Shown here piece after piece: positions 19,846 to 28,474 of a stretch of DNA of 64,000 nt. Within the stretch, counting starts at the first letter, position 1; the number at the start of each line of letters is the position of its first letter. The notes below the pieces were generated by a model, which saw nothing but the letters and a program-made list of their open reading frames with translations, was not told where the DNA came from and ran no database searches. Made by a program: the position numbers and the translations under genes. The stretch comes from an uncultured Microthrixaceae bacterium (GTDB lineage: Bacteria > Actinomycetota > Acidimicrobiia > Acidimicrobiales > DATDAH01), in NCBI GenBank assembly GCA_963725155.1, contig CAVRXU010000005.1:642330-706329 (forward strand), written 5' to 3'.

Positions 19846-20213
19846 TGGAGCTGGAGGGAATCGAACCCTCGTCCGCGAAGTGCGAGACGTACGCGCTACG
19901 ACCATTCCCGAGCTACGGCTTACGGCCGCCGAGAGGTCGGGTCCTCATGACCGCCGGGTCTTTCCCCGGTGTCAGTGGTCTTTCCCACCGTCAGCGGTCT
20001 CTCCCTGCGGTCCTCCACTGCTTCTGTTGCCGGGCTGCAGTGGACAGGCCCCGCGTGCCCTTGCGGGTCGCTGTGACTCTCTACCTACTGACTAGGTCAG
20101 GCGGCGAGAGCGAAGTCGCCTTCGGCGCTTCTTTGGGTGCCCCGTTTTAGGAGTCTGAGCAACTCCGGTCGCACACACGCCTGACGGTCTCCACGTCGAA
20201 ACCGATCAGCCCC
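19846..20213 (-). ncRNA. ssrA: tmRNA (SsrA)
   Basis: The reverse strand reads GGGGCTGATCGGTTTCGACG at the 5' end and GGGTTCGATTCCCTCCAGCTCCA at the 3' end. This gives a tRNA-Ala-like acceptor with a G3:U70 pair; CCA is not encoded. An internal tag frame ends ...EGDFALAA-TGA (20097..20141). smpB is nearby. Confidence 0.93.
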
Positions 20214-20290
20214 GTGTGATTCTCAGATGTCAAGCAACTCCCGGGGGCCGGAGCCCCTGGGGTGACCAGTCTACGGAGCGCAGCGACGGC

Positions 20291-20518
20291 TCAGCCGACC
20301 CAGTTCCCGGGCTGGCTGGCCTGGTTGGGGTCCTGCTTGGGCTCGACCGCCTTTGCCATCCAGAACGAGAAGGCGGCGGCGACGATCCAGCACACCCCCA
20401 TGATGAGGAACGTCGGCCCGACCAGGGACGACATGGTGAAGGACAGGCCGATGAACATGAGGCCCGCGATCCCGAAGATCAGGGCCTTGCCCTTCATGAA
20501 GCCACCCATGTAGATCAT
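20291..20518 (-). CDS. Small two-TM membrane protein (75 aa), hypothetical
   Basis: AAGGAG lies 6 nt before ATG 20518. Two hydrophobic helices (ALIFGIAGLMFIGLSF; FLIMGVCWIVAAAFSFW). Located between smpB and ssrA. Confidence 0.55.
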   Translation of the reverse strand: MIYMGGFMKGKALIFGIAGLMFIGLSFTMSSLVGPTFLIMGVCWIVAAAFSFWMAKAVEPKQDPNQASQPGNWVG

Positions 20519-20601
20519 TGCGTTCTCCTTGTCGCCGCGGCGTGGTGCGGTAGGAGGTGAACCTACGACGGGCCAAGGTGGCGGTCCTGAGTAGGCGCTA
20601 C

Positions 20602-21087
20602 TCAATCTTGGGGGCGGCGCCGGGCCCGGGCCACCTCGCGCTGGGCTTCTCGCTCGGCGTCGCGGGTGGCGATGTGGTGGCGCTTGTCGACTCCGGTGCG
20701 ACCCTTGCCCAGGCCCAGTTCCAGCTTGGCCCGGCCGTCCTTGAAGTAGAGCGCGAGGGGCACCAGGGTCAGGCGGTCCTGGTCGAGGCGGGCCTTGATC
20801 TTGTCGATCTCGCGGCGGTGCAGCAGGAGCTTGCGATCCCGTTCCGGGTTCGCGTCGCCGAAGGTGTCAGCCGCGTGGCTGTACGGCGTGATGTGCAGTC
20901 CGATCACCCACGCCTCGTGGTCGATGATGCGGGCGTAGGCGTCGCTCACGGTGACCTTTGCCTCCCGCAGCGACTTCACCTCACTGCCGCTCAGCACGAG
21001 GCCGGCCTCGAAGGTGTCGAGGATCTCGAAGTTGCGTCGGGCCTGGCGGTTGCTCGCCACGACCTTGACGCCGTCAGGGCGGGCCAT
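20602..21087 (-). CDS. smpB: SsrA-binding protein SmpB
   Basis: 161 aa. NRQARRNFEIL, SGSEVKSLR, LLLHRREI, and a basic C-terminal tail. Confidence 0.95.
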   Translation of the reverse strand: MARPDGVKVVASNRQARRNFEILDTFEAGLVLSGSEVKSLREAKVTVSDAYARIIDHEAWVIGLHITPYSHAADTFGDANPERDRKLLLHRREIDKIKARLDQDRLTLVPLALYFKDGRAKLELGLGKGRTGVDKRHHIATRDAEREAQREVARARRRPQD

Positions 21088-21117
21088 GGCGGCCAGTCAA
21101 GCGCGGGAACGGAAGGA

Positions 21118-21624
21118 TCAGGCCTCGAGGTCGGAGGCGCCACCCGTGGCCCACCAGGACGCGGTGAGGCGCAAGCCCTCGATGGAGGCCCGAGGAAAGA
21201 TCTCCTCGTAGGTCCGCTTGTAGCCCGTGCGCTCGATCTTCCACTCGCCGGCGACCTTGCGGTAGTCGTCCTCGTAGAAGGCGGCGCCCTGGATCGTGAC
21301 GCCGTACGCCGTCTCCACGACGGTGTCCTCGAGGGCCCAGGTGCCGTGTGCCGTGTCCGGGCCGGTGAGTCGGATCTCGGGATGGTGCATCCGGTGTGAG
21401 GACAGGAAGGTCTCGGCCTTCATGGCGTCGCTGATCCAGCCCACGATGGCGTCCCGCCCTTCGTGGCGGTACTTGCCGGCCGAGTACTCGGCCACGGCAT
21501 CCTCGGTCAGCAGGTCGCCCATCTCGTCCCAGAGCTTTTGGTCCAGGCAGCGGGCGTAGCGGTACTTGACCTGCTTGATGGCCTCGATCTCGACCAGGTC
21601 TTCAGGGGTCAGGGGTTTCGTCAT
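21118..21624 (-). CDS. NTF2-like / SnoaL-like fold protein
   Basis: 168 aa. IKQVKYRYARCLDQKLWDEMGDLLTEDA is typical of SnoaL_4-type proteins. Confidence 0.75.
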   Translation of the reverse strand: MTKPLTPEDLVEIEAIKQVKYRYARCLDQKLWDEMGDLLTEDAVAEYSAGKYRHEGRDAIVGWISDAMKAETFLSSHRMHHPEIRLTGPDTAHGTWALEDTVVETAYGVTIQGAAFYEDDYRKVAGEWKIERTGYKRTYEEIFPRASIEGLRLTASWWATGGASDLEA

Positions 21625-21658
21625 CGCCGCGGACAGTACCGGTACGATCCGCGCCGCC

Positions 21659-22078
21659 GTGACGAGTGACGCCTTGAACCTCGACCGTGGGCCATGGCGC
21701 CAGATGCTGGCCCACGCCTACGACGGGCTGCCGCTGGAGGCCTGTGGGCTGCTGGCCGGTCCGCTCGGCCGGGGCGACATCACCGTCTTCTACCCCTGCC
21801 GCAACGCCGAGGCGTCCAGCCGCATCTACACGGTGCACCCCCAGGACCACCTGCGGGCCGACCGGGACGCCGAGGACAGGGGGCTGGCCATCGTGGGGGT
21901 GATGCACAGTCACACCCACACCGAGGCCTACCCGTCGCCCACCGACGTGGCCCAGGCCCCCGACCCCGACTGGCACTACATCATCGTCTCCCTGCGTCAG
22001 CCCGAGCCCGTGCTGCGCTCGTACCGGATAGCCGACGGGAACATCGCCGAGGAGCCGGTGGTTCTGATCGACCGGTAG
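21659..22078 (+). CDS. mec: JAMM/MPN+ metalloprotease (Mec-like)
   Basis: EACGLL and the JAMM motif HSHTHTEAYPSPTD. Immediately upstream of cysM as in M. tuberculosis. GTG 21659 is the proposed start; the track ORF opens at 21566. Confidence 0.8.
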   Translation: MTSDALNLDRGPWRQMLAHAYDGLPLEACGLLAGPLGRGDITVFYPCRNAEASSRIYTVHPQDHLRADRDAEDRGLAIVGVMHSHTHTEAYPSPTDVAQAPDPDWHYIIVSLRQPEPVLRSYRIADGNIAEEPVVLIDR

Positions 22079-22122
22079 ATTCCCTACCTGTTCGGTCAAC
22101 AATCGAGGGGGTGGAGCGCAGA

Positions 22123-23073
22123 ATGACGGTGCACGCGTCGATCCTGGACCTGATCGGGAACACCCCGATGGTCGACCTGAGCTCGTTCAGCCCCACACCG
22201 GGCGTGCGCATCATCGGCAAGCTCGAGGGACAGAACCCGGGCGGATCGGTCAAGGACCGCATCGCCAAGAAGATGATCGAAGAGGCGGAGGCGGACGGGA
22301 CGCTCACCCCCGGGAAGACGATCATGGAGCCGTCGTCGGGCAACACGGGCATCGCCCTGGCCATGATCGGCAGGATCAAGGGCTACCCGGTCAAGATCGT
22401 GCTGCCGGGAAACGTCTCGCCCGAGCGCCGCCAGTTGCTCGAAGCCTTCGGGGCCGAGATCATCGACTCGCCGGCTGAGGAAGGCTCCAACGGCGCGGTG
22501 CGTCGGGCCGAGGCCCTGGCCGCCGACCACCCCGAGTGGGCGTTCCTCTACCAGTACGGCAACGAGGCCAACCCGCGGGCCCACTACGAGGGCACGGGCC
22601 CGGAGATCTGGGCCGACTGCCCGGAGATCACCCACTTCGTCGCCGGCCTCGGCACCAGCGGCACGCTGCTCGGCGTCGGCACCTTCCTGAAGGAGCAGAA
22701 CCCGGCGATCCAGGTCTTCGCCGTCGAGCCCCCGCTCGGCGAGACCGTCCAGGGCCTGCGCAACATGGACGAGGGCTACATCCCACCGGTGTACGAGAAG
22801 TGGGGTGGCCAGGACCTGCTCGACGGGAAGCGCATCGTCCGACCGCGGGAATCACTCGAGTACACCCGTCGCCTGGCCCACGAGGCCGGGATCTTCGCCG
22901 GCATCTCCTCCGGGGCGGCGCTGGCGGGAGCCGTCCGGGTGGCCGAGCGCATCGACGAGGGCGTGATCGTCGTCATCGTGTGCGACGGTGGCTGGAAGTA
23001 CCTGTCCACCGGGGCCTGGACCGACGACCTCGATGTGGTCGCCGAACGGGTCGAGCGGGTGATCTACTTCTGA
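22123..23073 (+). CDS. cysM: Cysteine synthase, CysM-type (PLP-dependent)
   Basis: PLP-lysine GGSVKDRIA, SSGNTGIALA, and a C-terminal DGGWKYLSTGAW like mycobacterial CysM. 316 aa. Confidence 0.9.
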   Translation: MTVHASILDLIGNTPMVDLSSFSPTPGVRIIGKLEGQNPGGSVKDRIAKKMIEEAEADGTLTPGKTIMEPSSGNTGIALAMIGRIKGYPVKIVLPGNVSPERRQLLEAFGAEIIDSPAEEGSNGAVRRAEALAADHPEWAFLYQYGNEANPRAHYEGTGPEIWADCPEITHFVAGLGTSGTLLGVGTFLKEQNPAIQVFAVEPPLGETVQGLRNMDEGYIPPVYEKWGGQDLLDGKRIVRPRESLEYTRRLAHEAGIFAGISSGAALAGAVRVAERIDEGVIVVIVCDGGWKYLSTGAWTDDLDVVAERVERVIYF

Positions 23074-23076
23074 GCC

Positions 23077-24288
23077 GTGCCCGTTCCCTTCCCGACTGAC
23101 GCCGAGGCCGACCGGTCCCGACCCACCAAGGAGGAGGCCTGGCTCAACGCCCGGGCCTTCGCCAGCGCGGCCGCACCGGCCGACGGCCTCACCCGGTTGC
23201 AGGGCTTCGCCCTCCGGGGCCTGACCCAGGCCCTGACCGCCGATCTCCTCGAGCTGGGCGACCTCTCGCTCCTCGAGCCCATCACCCCTGAGGCGTACGC
23301 CGAGGTCAACGCTCGGCGGGAGAAGGGCTACCGGATCCGCCGGGTGCAGACGATGGTGTTGCTCGAGCTGCTCCTGCGGCCACTGCCCGACGACGTGGCG
23401 GCCCGGGTGGAGGCCTTCGCCGACGCGCTGGGCGTCGGCGACGACTGCCGGGACGTGGTCGCCGCGACCCGGCACCTGGCGGCGGGCGCGACCGACATCG
23501 CCCTGGCCGATTTCATGCGCAACGGCTACGAGGTGCTGCACCTCGAACGGGCGGGGGAGGAGCCCCCGGAGGATGTCAGCGCCTACTGGGCCCCGGCGCA
23601 CGACGACCCCGGGTTGGCCGCCCGCTGGGACGCCATGCGGGACGGCTCGCCCACCTCGCTCGGCCGGTGCGTCTGGGAGTTCTACAAGGGTCGGGGGTTC
23701 AACTTCCCCGGGACCCCCAACAGCGTCCCGCCCCGCCTGGCCCAGCACGACTTCGTCCACGTGCTCGCCGACTACGGCACGACCGTCGAGTCCGAGATCG
23801 AGGTGTTCGCCCTGATCGCCCGGGCCGATGAGGACCCGCGCTCGTTCAGCCTGCTCGTCGCCGTCCTCGCCCTGTTCGAAGGTGGGTACCTGGAGCGGGG
23901 CCTGGGCGCCTTCCGGGCCGACCCGGGCCACTTGAGTCACGACTCGTCGGGTATGGGCGTGCGCCTTGGTGACGCCATCGCCCGTGGCGGCGAGGTGGCG
24001 TGGCGGTTCCACGAGCAGGCGGGGATCGACCTCTTGGCCGTCGACTGGCACGACCGGGCCCACGAGGGCATCGACGATCTGCGCCGCGAATTCGGCTTCG
24101 ACGGGCCCGGGGCCAAGTCCCTGGAGGCCAAAGCGGCCGGGTCGGCCGGCCCCTTCCAACCCGGCGGCGTCACCGTCGCCCAGCTCCAGTGGGGCCGGGA
24201 CATGGCCCAGGCCGAGGGACGGGAGTACGACGCCTTCGGAGCATCGCTGTCGACCGATCGGTCCGAGCCACCCGAGGGCGCGGATTGA
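23077..24288 (+). CDS. Hypothetical protein, paralogue 1, with COQ4-like HDxxH-x11-E motif
   Basis: 403 aa. Starts 4 nt after the cysM stop. AQHDFVHVLADYGTTVESEIEVF at 23746..23796. Clear paralogue of the next gene. Coding status is confident; the family call is tentative. Confidence 0.6.
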   Translation: MPVPFPTDAEADRSRPTKEEAWLNARAFASAAAPADGLTRLQGFALRGLTQALTADLLELGDLSLLEPITPEAYAEVNARREKGYRIRRVQTMVLLELLLRPLPDDVAARVEAFADALGVGDDCRDVVAATRHLAAGATDIALADFMRNGYEVLHLERAGEEPPEDVSAYWAPAHDDPGLAARWDAMRDGSPTSLGRCVWEFYKGRGFNFPGTPNSVPPRLAQHDFVHVLADYGTTVESEIEVFALIARADEDPRSFSLLVAVLALFEGGYLERGLGAFRADPGHLSHDSSGMGVRLGDAIARGGEVAWRFHEQAGIDLLAVDWHDRAHEGIDDLRREFGFDGPGAKSLEAKAAGSAGPFQPGGVTVAQLQWGRDMAQAEGREYDAFGASLSTDRSEPPEGAD

Positions 24289-25472
24289 TGCCGGTCCCGT
24301 TCCCCGACGACGCCGAGGTCAACCTCGACCCGCCTGAGCCGCCGGAGATCCTCCACATCGCCCGCGGTGTCATGACCGCCGTCGCCCCACCGGAGGGGCT
24401 CACCCGGATGCAGACCCTCTGCTTTCGGTCCCTGTCCGACGCCATGACCGGGCATCCGCTCGACCTGGCTGCCGTCACGCCCATCTCGGCCGAGGACTAC
24501 GCCCGCGGCCTGGCTCGACGCGACCGGGCCTTCCGGGTCCGCATGGTCCAGATGATGATCGTCCTGGCGCTGCTCCTGCGCCGGGTGCCGCGTGAGGTGG
24601 CCGCCCGCCTCCAGGAGTTCGCCGACGAGCTGAGTGTCGGCGAGGACTGCCGGGACCTGTTGAACGCCACCCGCCACTTGGCGGCCGGCGCGCTCGGCCT
24701 GGCCATGGCCGACTTCGAGCGCAACGGCTACGAGACGATGGCCTATGAGCGGTCGGGGGACGGGGCCGAGCACACCGCGGCCGAGTACTGGGCCGCGGCC
24801 CCCAACGACCCGGAGTTGGCGGCTCGGTGGCAGGGCCTCGAGCGGTGCGCCGCCGCCACCCTGGGCCGTCGGATGTGGGAGTTCTACCGGGCCCGGGGCT
24901 TCGCCTTCCCGGGCACCCCGGGGAGTGCCCCGCCGGCGCTGGCCCAGCACGACTGGATCCACGTCATCGGCGACTACGGCACGACGGTCGAGTCCGAGCT
25001 CGAGGTGTTCGGTCTCATCGCTCGGGCGTCCGACGATCCCCGCGCCTTCACCCTGCTCATCCAGGTGCTGGGGCTCTTCGAGTCCGGCTACCTGCAGGCG
25101 GGCATGGGGCTGTTCCAGATGGACGTCGGCCACCTGTCGGCCGACGAGGAGGCAATGGCCCTGCGCCTCGCCGACGCCTTCCGCCGCGGGGCCCGGGCGG
25201 CGTGGTCCTACAACGACGCCAACGGCACGGACACCGGCATCGATCTCTTGGCCGAGGACTGGTTCGCTCACGCCGACCAGACCCTCGACGAGGTCCGGGC
25301 CACCTTCTTCCTCGACGGTCTGGCAGCCAAGTCCGACGAGGCGGTGGCGGTCGGGTCGGTCGGGCCGTGGGAGGCGGGCGGCATCTCCCCGTACCAGGCG
25401 CAGGCGGGGCGGGACCGGGCTGAGGCCGAAGGTCGACCGTACGAGGCCTACGGGGCGACACCGGTTCTTTAG
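24288..25472 (+). CDS. Hypothetical protein, paralogue 2, with COQ4-like HDxxH-x11-E motif
   Basis: 394 aa. ATGA overlap with paralogue 1. AQHDWIHVIGDYGTTVESELEVF at 24948..24998. Same MPVPFP-DAE N-terminus. Confidence 0.6.
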   Translation: MPVPFPDDAEVNLDPPEPPEILHIARGVMTAVAPPEGLTRMQTLCFRSLSDAMTGHPLDLAAVTPISAEDYARGLARRDRAFRVRMVQMMIVLALLLRRVPREVAARLQEFADELSVGEDCRDLLNATRHLAAGALGLAMADFERNGYETMAYERSGDGAEHTAAEYWAAAPNDPELAARWQGLERCAAATLGRRMWEFYRARGFAFPGTPGSAPPALAQHDWIHVIGDYGTTVESELEVFGLIARASDDPRAFTLLIQVLGLFESGYLQAGMGLFQMDVGHLSADEEAMALRLADAFRRGARAAWSYNDANGTDTGIDLLAEDWFAHADQTLDEVRATFFLDGLAAKSDEAVAVGSVGPWEAGGISPYQAQAGRDRAEAEGRPYEAYGATPVL

Positions 25473-25552
25473 GAGCCGAGCCGAAGGCGAGGCGAGTCAA
25501 CCGGGCGCCGCGACCACGCTGAGGTGTTCGTCGAGGTTCCTAGGCTGCTGCG

Positions 25553-26359
25553 GTGCAGGATCGGCCGATCGGGATGTTCGACAGCGGCTTCGGTGGCCTG
25601 ACCGTCGCCCGGGCCACGATCGACCTCCTGCCCGCTGAGGATCTCGTCTACGTCGGCGACACCGGGCGTTACCCGTACGGGCCTCGGTCCCAGGACGAGG
25701 TCGCGGGCTTCGCCGAGCAGATCACCAAGCGCCTGGTGGCCGAGCACGACGTGAAGCTGGTCGTGGTGGCCTGCAACACCGCCGCCGCCGCGGCCCTGGC
25801 CCGGTTGCAAGCCGACACCCCGGTGCCGGTCATCGGGGTCATCGAGCCCGGCGCCCGGTCCCTGGTGAGTGCCACCCGCAACGGCCGCGTGGGTGTGATC
25901 GGCACCGTGGGCACGATCCGCTCGGGCGCGTATCAGCGGGCCGTGGCCGACACCGGGGCCACGGTCGACCCGGTGTTCGCGGCATGCCCTGGGTTCGTCG
26001 AGTTCGTGGAGCGGGGCGAGGCCGACAGCGACCAGGTCCACGTGCTGGCCGAACGCCTCCTCGCCCCGGTCCGGGACCATGGCGTCGACACGCTCCTGCT
26101 CGGCTGCACCCACTACCCGTACCTCGCCCGGACCCTGTCCGACGTGATGGGCCGGGAGGTCGTGCTCGTCTCCTCGGCCGACGAGACGGCGTTCGCCGTT
26201 TCCCGGGTGTTGGCGGAGCTGGACCTCCGGAGGGACGATGCGGAGCGGATCGGCTCGCACCGGTTCGTGTCGTCGGGCGACGTCGGCTCCTTCGCCCGGC
26301 TCGGCCAGCGCCTCCTGGGTCCCGAACTGGTCGACGCCGAGGGGATCACGTGGGATTGA
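25553..26359 (+). CDS. murI: Glutamate racemase
   Basis: [24 protein letters not shown] (the two catalytic Cys contexts). Confidence 0.93.
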   Translation: MQDRPIGMFDSGFGGLTVARATIDLLPAEDLVYVGDTGRYPYGPRSQDEVAGFAEQITKRLVAEHDVKLVVVACNTAAAAALARLQADTPVPVIGVIEPGARSLVSATRNGRVGVIGTVGTIRSGAYQRAVADTGATVDPVFAACPGFVEFVERGEADSDQVHVLAERLLAPVRDHGVDTLLLGCTHYPYLARTLSDVMGREVVLVSSADETAFAVSRVLAELDLRRDDAERIGSHRFVSSGDVGSFARLGQRLLGPELVDAEGITWD

Positions 26360-27087
26360 CCCTCACCGTCCTGGGCTCTGGCGGGACCTACGCCGGGCCG
26401 GACAACGCCTGCAGCGGCTACCTGCTGCGCACGGCGACGACGGCCGTCCTCGTCGACCTCGGTTCCGGTGCGCTGGCCAACGCCCAGCGCCACATCGACT
26501 TGATCGATGTCGACGCCGTCGTGTTGACCCACGAGCACCCGGACCACTGGCTCGACCTGCCCGTGGCCCGCAACGTCTACCGCTACGTCCTCGACCGCAA
26601 CGGCGTCCCGGTGTTCACGACGGCCGGCACCCGGGCCCTGGCGGTGCCGTTCTGCGACGACGCCACCTTCGCGTGGACGATCGTCGCCGACGGCGACCGG
26701 GCGAAGGTCGGCGACATCGACCTCCGCTTCAGTCGCACCGACCACCCCGTCGAGACCTTGGCCGTCCTCGCCGCGGCCGAGGGTGCTTCGCTCGTCTACT
26801 CCTCGGACACCGGGCCGGGCTGGTCGCCGGCGGCCTTCGCCGTTCGCCCGGACCTGGCGCTGCTCGAGGCCACGTTCGGGCGCGGCCACGGGCTCCCCGT
26901 CCACCTGACCGCGTCCGAGGCGGGGGAGCGGGCCGCCGAGGTCGGGGCCCGTCACCTGGTCCTCACCCACCTCCTCCCGGGGACGGATCCGGCCCGCCAG
27001 AAGGCCGAGGCGGAGGAGGCCTTCGGAGGTCCCGTCACGGTGGCCGAGCCGGGCCTCACCTTCACGGTCGAGGCCGAGCGGCGGTAG
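26350..27087 (+). CDS. MBL-fold metallo-hydrolase (same position as M. tuberculosis Rv1339)
   Basis: [11 protein letters not shown] (HxHxDH). GTG 26350 overlaps the murI end. Sits between murI and rph. Confidence 0.8.
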   Translation: MGLTLTVLGSGGTYAGPDNACSGYLLRTATTAVLVDLGSGALANAQRHIDLIDVDAVVLTHEHPDHWLDLPVARNVYRYVLDRNGVPVFTTAGTRALAVPFCDDATFAWTIVADGDRAKVGDIDLRFSRTDHPVETLAVLAAAEGASLVYSSDTGPGWSPAAFAVRPDLALLEATFGRGHGLPVHLTASEAGERAAEVGARHLVLTHLLPGTDPARQKAEAEEAFGGPVTVAEPGLTFTVEAERR

Positions 27088-27098
27088 ACACTGCGGCC

Positions 27099-27851
27099 AT
27101 GAGCAACTCTTCGCCCTCGCCCCGCGCCGACGGGCGCCTTCCCGACGAGCTCCGCCCCGTCTCCTTCGAGCGGGACTTCACCGACATGTCGGCCGGGTCG
27201 GTCCTGGTCACCTTCGGCCGGACCCGGGTGCTGTGCACGGCCTCGATCGAGGACGACGTGCCCCGCTGGATGCGCGGCAGCGGCAAGGGGTGGGTGACCG
27301 CTGAGTATTCGATGCTGCCCGGCTCCTCCCCCGAACGGATCCGCCGCGAGGTCAAGGACGGCAAGCCCTCGGGCCGGACCCAGGAGATCCAGCGCCTGAT
27401 CGGGCGGTCGCTGCGATCGGTCTGCGACATGGTCGTGCTGGGGGAGCGGTCGATCATGGTCGACTGCGACGTGCTCCAGGCCGACGGGGGCACCCGCACG
27501 GCGTCCATCTCCGGGGGCTACGTGGCGCTCCACGACGCCCTGAGCCGTCTCGTGGCCAAGGGCGAGCTGGCCGAGCACCCGCTGATCGAGAACTGCGCCG
27601 CGGTGTCGGTGGGCATCGTCGAGGGCCGACCCCTCCTGGACCTCCCGTACGTCGAGGACTCGACGGCCGAGGTCGACATGAACGTCGTGATGACCGCCAG
27701 CGGGCGCTTCGTCGAGGTCCAGGGGACGGCCGAGGGGCTGGCCTTCAGCCGGGGCGAGTTGGACGAGCTGCTGGACCTGGCCACCGGGGGCATCAACCAG
27801 ATCGTGACCCTCCAGAACGAGGCCGTGGCCTCACCCCCTGCGCCTCGGTGA
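27099..27851 (+). CDS. rph: Ribonuclease PH
   Basis: [38 protein letters not shown]. 250 aa. Confidence 0.95.
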   Translation: MSNSSPSPRADGRLPDELRPVSFERDFTDMSAGSVLVTFGRTRVLCTASIEDDVPRWMRGSGKGWVTAEYSMLPGSSPERIRREVKDGKPSGRTQEIQRLIGRSLRSVCDMVVLGERSIMVDCDVLQADGGTRTASISGGYVALHDALSRLVAKGELAEHPLIENCAAVSVGIVEGRPLLDLPYVEDSTAEVDMNVVMTASGRFVEVQGTAEGLAFSRGELDELLDLATGGINQIVTLQNEAVASPPAPR

Positions 27852-28474
27852 GCCTGGTCCTCGTCCTCGCCTCGGCCAACCCCGACAAGGTGGCCGAGAT
27901 CGCCGCCATCCTCGGCGACGACATCGACCTCCGGCCCCGTCCGGCCGGGCTGGCCGACGTGGTCGAGGACGGCGACACGCTCGAGGCCAACGCCCGGCTG
28001 AAGGCCGTCGCGGTGGGCGCCGCAGCCGGCGCCGCGGCCGTGGCCGACGACACCGGCCTCGAGGTCGACGCCCTGGGCGGGGCGCCGGGCGTCCACACGG
28101 CCCGCTTCGCCGGTGAGGACGCCACCTACGCCGACAACGTGGCCAAGATGCTGGCCGACCTCGCCGGCGTGCCCGAGGCGGAGCGGGGCGCCCGCTTCCG
28201 CACCGTCGCCTTGGCCCGCTTCCCCGACGGATCCGAGGTGCTGGCCGAGGGAGTGGTCGAGGGGATGATCAGCCCCGAAGCCCGTGGCGAACGGGGCTTC
28301 GGCTACGACCCGCTGTTCGTCCCCGCCGACGGCGACGGGCGCACGTTCGCCCAGATGACCGCGGACGAGAAGCACGCCATCTCCCACCGCGGCCGCGCCT
28401 TCCGCGCCCTCGCCCAGTTGCTCGCCGCTCGTTCTGGGACCGGATCAGGACCCCAGGACGGGAGTCACCAGTGA
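27848..28474 (+). CDS. rdgB: Non-canonical purine NTP pyrophosphatase (RdgB/HAM1)
   Basis: [27 protein letters not shown]. 4-nt overlap with rph. Confidence 0.92.
   Translation: MSLVLVLASANPDKVAEIAAILGDDIDLRPRPAGLADVVEDGDTLEANARLKAVAVGAAAGAAAVADDTGLEVDALGGAPGVHTARFAGEDATYADNVAKMLADLAGVPEAERGARFRTVALARFPDGSEVLAEGVVEGMISPEARGERGFGYDPLFVPADGDGRTFAQMTADEKHAISHRGRAFRALAQLLAARSGTGSGPQDGSHQ

Noticed and set aside
20228-20233. A perfect TTGACA (reverse strand) just upstream of the tmRNA gene, as a candidate -35 box.
   Set aside because: It lies only 14 nt from the mature tmRNA 5' end. A -10 box and start site at canonical spacing would fall inside the mature RNA. The true promoter is probably further upstream or non-canonical.
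20589-20603. The palindrome GAGTAG-gcg-CTACTC overlapping the smpB stop codon, as a possible terminator.
   Set aside because: The stem is only 6 bp with a 3-nt loop, there is no U-tract, and it overlaps the coding end. That is too weak to call.
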